A DNA stretch of 20,770 nucleotides from the NCBI GenBank assembly GCA_030668875.1, contig DAOVER010000048.1:1-20770 (forward strand). The letters are read 5' to 3'. The position numbers were made by a program, and so were the translations under genes. Position 1 is the stretch's first letter. Each line of letters begins with the position of its first letter. The stretch comes from Candidatus Heimdallarchaeota archaeon. GTDB taxonomy: Archaea > Asgardarchaeota > Heimdallarchaeia > Heimdallarchaeales > Heimdallarchaeaceae. Under the pieces are notes generated by a model, which made no database searches, was not told where the DNA came from, and worked only from the letters and a program-made list of their open reading frames with translations. Positions 1 to 8,300 of the stretch are shown here, piece after piece.

Positions 1-1149
1 AGAGGTTAATCGCTTAATCGTTTCTTCAAGTTGTGTAACATCAACAGAACCAAAACTTGCTCTAACATAGTTTGTTTGGCTAGGACCAAATTCAGTTCCA
101 GGAACTAAGATAACTCTAGATTCATCAAAAGCTTTTGTTGCGAAACTTTCACCATCTGGGTATTTTGTTTGAGATATATCAGGATAACAATAGAAAGAAC
201 CAACTGGTTTCTGGCAATTAATACCTTTTATAGAATTTAATCCATCAACTATGATATCTCTTCTCTTCTGAAAGATTCCTTTAATTTTTTTCTTAAATTC
301 CGTAGCTGCAGGAGTGTGCATGAAATTGGCTAAAGCAACTTGTGTTGGTGTTGTTGCATTTGCTACAACAAAGCCGTGATAACCTAGTATTGGCTTCATC
401 AGCTCAGGTGTTGTTACCCCATATCCCATCCTCCAGCCAGGTATTGCAAATGTTTTAGAAAAAGAATTAATTGTAATCGTTCTCTCATAAGCCCCATCAA
501 TAGACCCTATATGAACATGTTTGGAATCATCAAATGTATAATATTCATATACTTCATCACTAAGAATAAGTAAATCATTATCCACTGCAATATCAACCAT
601 AGCTTTTAACTCTTCTCTATCCATAACTGCTCCTGTTGGGTTGGAAGGAAAGTTGAGCATTAAGGCCTTAGTTTTATCGTTAATTAATTCCTTTGTCTTT
701 TCAATGTCAATTTCAAAAGTATCAGTAGAGGGCATCCAGACAGTTCTACCTCCTGCTAGATTAACTTGTCTAGGATAAGTTAGAAAACAAGGATCTTGAA
801 CCAAAACCTCATCTCCTTTTGAAAGATAAGTTTGGAGAGCTATATAGATTAGTTGAACACCGCCACAAGTTACAATTGTACCATCAGTAGAACTGTAATC
901 AACACCGTAGTCTAATTTATATTTCTTGGTGATTGCTTCTCTTAACCCTAGATGCCCAGGTGTTTGTCCATAATTATTGAAGTTATCGTCAACAGCTTGT
1001 TTGAGTGCTTCTTTTAATTCATCTGGAGTATGGATATCTGGAGCACCTATCCCTAGAGAGATAACATTTTCTATTCCTTGGGATTTAGCAAATAGCTCCC
1101 TTATCCCACTTGGCTTTATTTTTTTCAATTTATCAGAGGTAAAATTCAT
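1..1149 (-). CDS. PLP-dependent aminotransferase class I/II (aspartate aminotransferase-like), 3' end cut by window edge
   Basis: Not in the ORF track; translated by hand from ATG at 1149: MNFTSDKLKKIKPSGIRELF...ISLGIGAPD...NFPSNPTG...ILSDEVYE...INSFSKTFAIPGWRMGY (PLP lysine motif)...GSFYCY...LVPGTEFG...YVRASF. The frame stays open to position 1 (383 codons, no stop). Confidence 0.93.
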   Translation of the reverse strand, partial: MNFTSDKLKKIKPSGIRELFAKSQGIENVISLGIGAPDIHTPDELKEALKQAVDDNFNNYGQTPGHLGLREAITKKYKLDYGVDYSSTDGTIVTCGGVQLIYIALQTYLSKGDEVLVQDPCFLTYPRQVNLAGGRTVWMPSTDTFEIDIEKTKELINDKTKALMLNFPSNPTGAVMDREELKAMVDIAVDNDLLILSDEVYEYYTFDDSKHVHIGSIDGAYERTITINSFSKTFAIPGWRMGYGVTTPELMKPILGYHGFVVANATTPTQVALANFMHTPAATEFKKKIKGIFQKRRDIIVDGLNSIKGINCQKPVGSFYCYPDISQTKYPDGESFATKAFDESRVILVPGTEFGPSQTNYVRASFGSVDVTQLEETIKRLTS

Positions 1150-1223
1150 CTATATTCAATTACTGATTAGATGTATCAGAATTAAATCTTTGTGTAAAAA
1201 CATGAAGAAACTTGGTAGAAATG

Positions 1224-2282
1224 TCATATCAAATGCATTATTCTTTCTACTGGAGATTCAAGTCCTTGCAAAATTTGTTTTGTTTTTTGTCGAATCGAAT
1301 TCTTCTCAGCTGAATTTCTAATTAAAATCTTGGCTCTTTCAATTGCGTTCTCCACTGTGTATTCATTGTATAAAGGTATACCAATAGAAGCAATATATTC
1401 CAACACAGCCAAAGGTTGAGGGTAGTATGAAATGGAAGGTGTCCCAACTGCTGCGGCTTCCCTTGACATTGTAGCTCCCCCAGTAATGCAGAGATCAGAA
1501 TAATAATAGAGAGAGAGAGTATCCACAGCTTTAGGTGGAATAATAAGCTTATCACCAAATTTCTTCTTCAAAGCTTCTTTTTGTGTTTCATACCTAGGAA
1601 ACATCACAACTTTTCCTTCATATTCTTTGAGTATGTCTTCTAAGATCACATCAAGATAGGTGAGTCCATCAATTCCTAGTTCTAGCATGTAAGCTGCATT
1701 GCTTTCTTCAGGTCTAGCTATTATAAAGCGATCATCAGTAGTAAGAGAGAGATGACCTAAAACTTCAGGTTTTGGCTTGAAATCTAGAAGCCATGCTACT
1801 TCATCAATCCCATTATAAGGTTGTAATTGTTCTTCAAGTGCTCCTAAAGACAACCATTTTTCTTTAGGTATACATGAACTATAAACTATATATTTTGAAA
1901 GAGGAAGTGTTAGTTTTCCTACAGCTTTAGCATGTGGTGAATCGTTAATCGTAATTGTCGGAATCCCAAGTCCGAAGGCAACTCGTGTTGATTCAGGACT
2001 TGAAAATGAAATATGATAATCGGGTTTTTCATCAAGATTGTTAATATACTTCGCAAGTAGTTCTATTCGCTTATTTCCAGCCATTAATTTTCCAAAGAGC
2101 GTCCCTCCTCCATGTCGACCTAGAACTTCTACATTTCTTTGTAATAGATCAAACAAACTTACTACATAATCATAATCTCTACATGTGAATATCACCTCAT
2201 GACCTTCTTTTTCAAGTTCATGAGCGATCGCATTAAATAGCAATGGTTCCTTAGCTGTTACAGTATCAAACCAGATTATCAT
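1224..2282 (-). CDS. DUF354 family protein (predicted GT-B fold glycosyltransferase-like)
   Basis: N-terminal IWFD...GHEVIFTCRDY...LGRHGG, central SFSSPESTRVAFGLGIP...NDSPHA and C-terminal ITGGATMSREAAAVGTPSIS match the archaeal DUF354 pattern as I recall it. Confidence 0.8.
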   Translation of the reverse strand: MIIWFDTVTAKEPLLFNAIAHELEKEGHEVIFTCRDYDYVVSLFDLLQRNVEVLGRHGGGTLFGKLMAGNKRIELLAKYINNLDEKPDYHISFSSPESTRVAFGLGIPTITINDSPHAKAVGKLTLPLSKYIVYSSCIPKEKWLSLGALEEQLQPYNGIDEVAWLLDFKPKPEVLGHLSLTTDDRFIIARPEESNAAYMLELGIDGLTYLDVILEDILKEYEGKVVMFPRYETQKEALKKKFGDKLIIPPKAVDTLSLYYYSDLCITGGATMSREAAAVGTPSISYYPQPLAVLEYIASIGIPLYNEYTVENAIERAKILIRNSAEKNSIRQKTKQILQGLESPVERIMHLI

Positions 2283-2367
2283 TAATGGAGAATTATATTC
2301 ATTACAAAAAAATCTTGTGATGAGAATGCATCTTGTTTTTCAATGGAAGGTTACATGTATTCCAGTT

Positions 2368-5300
2368 CTAATCACACTTACTGAAACCACATTGCCTGCA
2401 AGTATAGCACCCCTCTGCAAATTCTAACATTCCACCACAATCAGGACAAGCTATTATTCCATTATGCTTAACAACGTGATTACTGTTAATGTAATTAGCT
2501 AAAACTTGAGATATACCATCAGCGCAAGATAAGACTGTTTTACCTTGATAGAAGTTAGGACTGGGGCACCTTATACCAGCGAGATGATCAACTACAGATT
2601 CAACTTTTACCCCAGATCTGAGGGATAGGGATATCAACCTACCTACTGCTTCACTCTGGCTAGCTATACAACCACCACTCTTACCAACTTGAACGAAAAC
2701 CTCGCACACTCCTTTTTCATCTTTGTTAACCGTAACATAGAGATTACCACAACCTGATCTTATCTTGTGGGTTTGTCCAACTGTTACTTCAGGTCTTTCT
2801 CGAGGTTCAAGTTTTTCTATGTGTCTAAGCTGTTCATCAATTTTTGTTTTTGATTCATCTTTCTTTGTTGATAATACTTGATATTTTCTCGAACCATCTC
2901 TGTAAACTGTTATTCCTTTACAACCCTTCTTATAGGCAAGAAGATAGGATTCAGCTATGTCTTCTTTGGTTGCAGTCGAAGTGAAATTGATAGTTTTTGA
3001 GACAGCATTATCAACATAGTTCTGAAAGACAGCTTGCATTTCGATATGATCATTTGGAGTAATATCATGAGTGGTTACAAACAGCTGTCGTATTTTCTTT
3101 GGTATTTCCTCTAATTCTTGAATTGTATTTGTACTAGCAACTTTTTCTAGAAGTTCTTCAGAATAGATATCCTTTGCTTTTAATCGCTCTTCAAAAAGTG
3201 GATTAGCTTCAAACAATTTCCTCCCATCTAGAACATTGCGAGTAAAAGCTATTGCGTAAAAAGGTTCGATTCCACTTGAACATCCTGCAATTAATGATAT
3301 TGTTCCTGTGGGAGCGATGGTTGTAGTTGTAGCATTTCTCATATATTCATATTTATCCTTGAAAATACTCTTATCAAAATTAGGGAAATTACCCCTTTCT
3401 TTGCCTAATCTGGATGATTCATCACGAGATTTTTCTTGAAGGAAGGACATAATTTTATTAGCTAATTCAAGAGCTTTTTTAGAATTGTAGGAAATACCAA
3501 GAGAAACCAAAACATCTGCAAAACCCATAATGCCAAGACCTATCTTGCGATTGGCTTTAGTCATTTGTTCAATTTCAGGAAGAACGTATTGATTCCTATC
3601 AATGACATTATCAAGAAAACGAACAGCTAAACGAATAGATTCCTCTAAAAGAGACCAATCGATATCAGAATCTTTGACGTGCTTAAGAAGATTGATAGAA
3701 CCTAAATTGCAGGATTCATATGAGAGCAAAGGCTGTTCACCACAATTTCTCGTTTTAAGATAAACCACCTTTTTATTTGTATCATCCTCAGATAGAAATC
3801 CTCCTATGAAGAAAGTATGATAGTCATCTACAGTACCATTATATACATCATTAGTTCCGATATACGTCACACTTACTATTTTGTGGTTATACATTACAGA
3901 TCCTTCTTTCAGTTCCTTGTAAGTTGAAAAACCATGTTTGGTTCCCAATCTGAAATGAATTTCCTCATCTTTGCATTTATTTTCCCACTCTTTTTTCAAG
4001 GGATCTCTTTCTAGCTGTCTCTTTAACTCTTTATACTTCTGTATCTGTAATTCCTTATTCTTTTGAGCTCTATCTTGATATGTTTTGTTGATACCTTCAT
4101 TTCGACTGATTCGAATTGTGGAATCAGTATTAAACGCTTCCATACAGCAGCTTTTACTACAATATCCTATCTCTCTACGAGAGAAACTAGTGTTAAAAGA
4201 AGACCCACAATTAGAGCAGATTTTCTTTACTTTAACTAAATTTCCATCAAGATAACATTCTAAATCTGTTTTTCTTCTGCTCTCTTCTAGTTTTCTTTCA
4301 GCCCTATTTCTAAATCCTTTTGCAGCGCTTTTCTTGTATTTTTTACTTTTCCATAAATCTTTAGAAATTTTTGATAATTTTTGTTTTAATTCAGGATTAT
4401 TTTCATGATGGTTTCTAATACTCTGACCAATTTTTCTTTTTGTTGAATCGTCTAATTTCACGCCAAATCTTGGATTCTTTTCACCAACAACATCATAGAA
4501 AGGATTCTTCTTTTGATATTCTTTCCACTTCTTTTTATCTTTCTTAATTTTGTAAAGAGGATTCTTCTCTCCCTTCATTCTATTTGAATGATACTCGTTA
4601 TGTTCTGAGATGCCCATAATCTCTAGATTCTCAGGTTTATTGTTTTCAGAGTTAAAATCTCGGTGGTGTACTACACAATCTTTAGGAATAGAATTAGAAT
4701 TATTGTGATAAAAACTTGCAATATGTGTATGTTCATTTTTCTCGTGTCTCCCTTTATTATACAGTCTCCAGTATTTGTTGAATTCCGTCTTAGAGAATTT
4801 TCCTTTTTGTGATGATAGGCGTTTTGTTAAAATGTGTAAACTATCATCTCTCTTGAGTTGATCAGTTCGTCTAATTGATCCATCACGAAGATAGAATTTA
4901 TGATCAGCTGTTGCATTAATTTCATCACCTGAATCCAGTAGGATTTTATATACATCAACTTTTTCTCGTGTAAGCCTCGGATTTCTCATATATCTTACAG
5001 TAATTTTTCCTTCAGTATTTTCCGTGAACACAGGAACATCTTTACCTTCATCGGCTAATTGTTGTATTGGAACTGAACCTCTCCCATCTGCAGTGTATAC
5101 TAGCGTATCACCAGTTACACATGGGTTAGTGCTCTCTATTTCACCTACCTCAGGTGTTGGATTATCTCTGTTTATTCTGTCGATGAAAACCATCCCTGGT
5201 TCGCCATTTTTCCAAGCCATCTCTACTATTTTATCAAAAACTCCTTTTGCATTAAGTTTGCCAACAATTTGTTTATTTCTAGGGTTGATTAAATCATAAT

Positions 5301-8300
5301 CACTATTCTCATCTACTGCTTTCATGAAAACATCTGTAACTGCAATAGAGATGTTGAAATTAGTTAATTTAGTTTGATCTTCTTTGCAGGAAATAAATTC
5401 GAGAATATCAGGATGATCAACTCTGAGAATGCCCATGTTAGCTCCACGACGACGGTTATGAACTAATACACCATTTGCCACAAATTTATTTGAACCTGAT
5501 ACTTCGATATCCATAGTATAGCTATCCTCTTTTTCAATAGAACGAACTTGGGAATAATAGTATCTCGGATTCGAAATTTCCTTGAAATGTGTATCTTCTT
5601 TCAAAAAAGGAAATTTCTCAAATAATTGAAGAAGTCTCTTTCGTGTAAGCCCTCTATAAGAACTGGGAGATTTTGAGATATAGTGATAAATTGCTCTATA
5701 AAACAATCTATCAGCTCCTCGTTTTGTTCTTCCTTTATTGGTTCCTGCACCCACGTAATTATATTGTTGCCTTAATTTAGAACCTTGATTTGGAATATAA
5801 TCCACATATTCGAAAGCTTTTTGCGGAAACCTCTCAACTAGGAGATTATTCTTTCTACTCACTGCGAAACCTATTTCATCCTTGAAAATTTTCAAGCTTC
5901 TTTCAGGAATAACTGAGAGACAATAAATTGGTTTATCACCAAAGCTTCCTAAACGGTTTTTATTTAACGAAATTGAGGAAACAACTCCTAGACCTAACAA
6001 TAATTGCTGAAGTTTTTTAACCAAAGTTTCTGAAATTGAGTAATAACGTGGATAACCATCAGTATGTACATCCCCATCGCCAGAAAACAAACCTTTAATG
6101 AAACTTTTAGCAACAGATATAGAGGATTGAAATATGATTTGTGGAACAAAAGCATCAGCTGAAGAGGTTTTCTTCCAGTTCATTTTCTCAAAGTATTTAC
6201 ATAAATCTTTAGAATAAAAAAATAAATCAGAATAAGTGTTCTTATCATCAACCATACCCACAGGAAGATCAAATGTTTTTAACATAAGATCTTTAATCCT
6301 TTGAATTAAGTCAGGATCCTTATTATCAATACTGAAAACTATTCTTCCTTGCGTACTGATACAGCCATCTGCCATGTATAAACCTAAAATCTCTCCAAGT
6401 TCAGGTGTCATTTTTTCTGGAATAACAATCGGATTAGCATTATGATGCTGTTTTTTGATGGAAGGCAGAAAGACATCGCTCCCACAGTGCCCGTCTAATG
6501 AAATAACTAACCAATCACCCACCTTTAGATTTTCTGCTTCCTTCCAAACAAAATCACCTTCCTCATTTATGGATGCAATAAGATGGTTGTAAGTTGGCTT
6601 TATTTCTATACCTAAATCTGTAGTTATTTTTATTACTTCAGCAATGCTATTGTCCATAGAAATATATGCATGATTAAAATCTTCACCATCATACACAAGA
6701 GATTTAGTAGGATTATCACTTAAAGGTGGACAGTTGAGGAGTTCTCCAATTGGTATGGATCCCGTATCTGTACGAATCAAACTATCTGTAGCAACACACC
6801 CCCCTTGTTTTATTGTATTTGTTGCTGCATTGAAAACTTCCATAAAAGAAATTGGTCCCGATGCAACACCTCCAGTTGTCTTAACCACATCATTTTTTGG
6901 TCTAATCTTACTGAAGGAGAAACCTGTATTATGAACTGTAACAAATTGTGTGTTCCCTCCTAAGTAATTTTGATAAACAGGAACAGTGAAATCATAAAAA
7001 ATCTTTTTCTCTTTGAATTTGTTGATTGAATTTATTTTTATCAATCTATTGCTTACTAATTTTGTTCTTCTTGGTGTTTTTTTTGTTAGTAATTGTTGTG
7101 TGAAACCTGTTCTGAATTCAATACTCCACCAAGATCCTTTGATATCACGATCTCTTTCATCTTTTCGGTATCGAACTGAACAGTTGATTCCTATTAATGA
7201 CAAATGTCGTACAATGAGATCTTTCAGTTCTTCTGAACCTGTAGCTATACCAGATTTATCTTTACCAATCCATCCATCTGAATCAATTAATCCAGATATG
7301 AATGCTTTTGGATTAGGACACATAAAAGAGGACTTTGGAGTTTGTTTTCTATTGATTTCATTCCCATTTATTTTAACAAATCGTTTGATTAAACTAGCCA
7401 TTCTCAAATTAATGTACTTATTGTCATCTCTTAGATTATATTTAGAATGAATTGACAGTGTTTTGCAATTATTTCTAGGATCTTTATACACACTTCCTGA
7501 AGAATCAGCAATTCTTTCTAAAATCTCGCTAATTCGATTAAGGAATCTATCTTCAGAACTACAAAAACGTATTCTGACACCATTTTTTGTACTGTCTATG
7601 CTTCCATCTCCCAAAAAGAATCCATATAACCACCAGAAATCAGGCTCTTCATTTAAGAAGATGTTGTCATGAAAAGATGGTTTTACTAACCAATCTGTTT
7701 CAGTTATTTCATCAGCTCTTTTTGTTTTATATATACCTCCACTTCTTCCATCGGGAAGAGGTTCATAAACGTAGAACGGATGCCAATTAGTAACTTCAAT
7801 AAACCCTTCAGTACCAAACTCTATTCTATAATATTCATTCCTCTGAAATTTCCATAGTTGGGATACTTTAGCTCTTGTAAAACTCTCTGTGGTTTCATCA
7901 AAAGAAAAAACACTAAATGGTTTAGCAGAATGGCCTTTTTCATCAGCAGGTATTTGACTAAAACCTGGAATTTCTTCAATTGGTACAAAACCATATTCTA
8001 GTGTAGGTATAATGGTTCCAGCTGCACAACATCCTCCTCCTCCTTGGTGAATTAAAGCAGCATTTTTCACTCCATCAAATATCGAGGTCATGTCATCTTC
8101 AACAGGTAAAACAAAACAATTGTGTACTGCTACACAATTTGCTACATAAGTATGTTCTTCTTCAACTTCGAAATTATAAACCTCACTTTCCTCATTGATA
8201 ATCGAAATTTTCCTGATAGGTAAAAACAAAGTATCGTTAATAATTTTGTATTTCAATCTCTGCATTGAAGCTTGTGTCATTCCAGTAATTTTCTGGGAAT

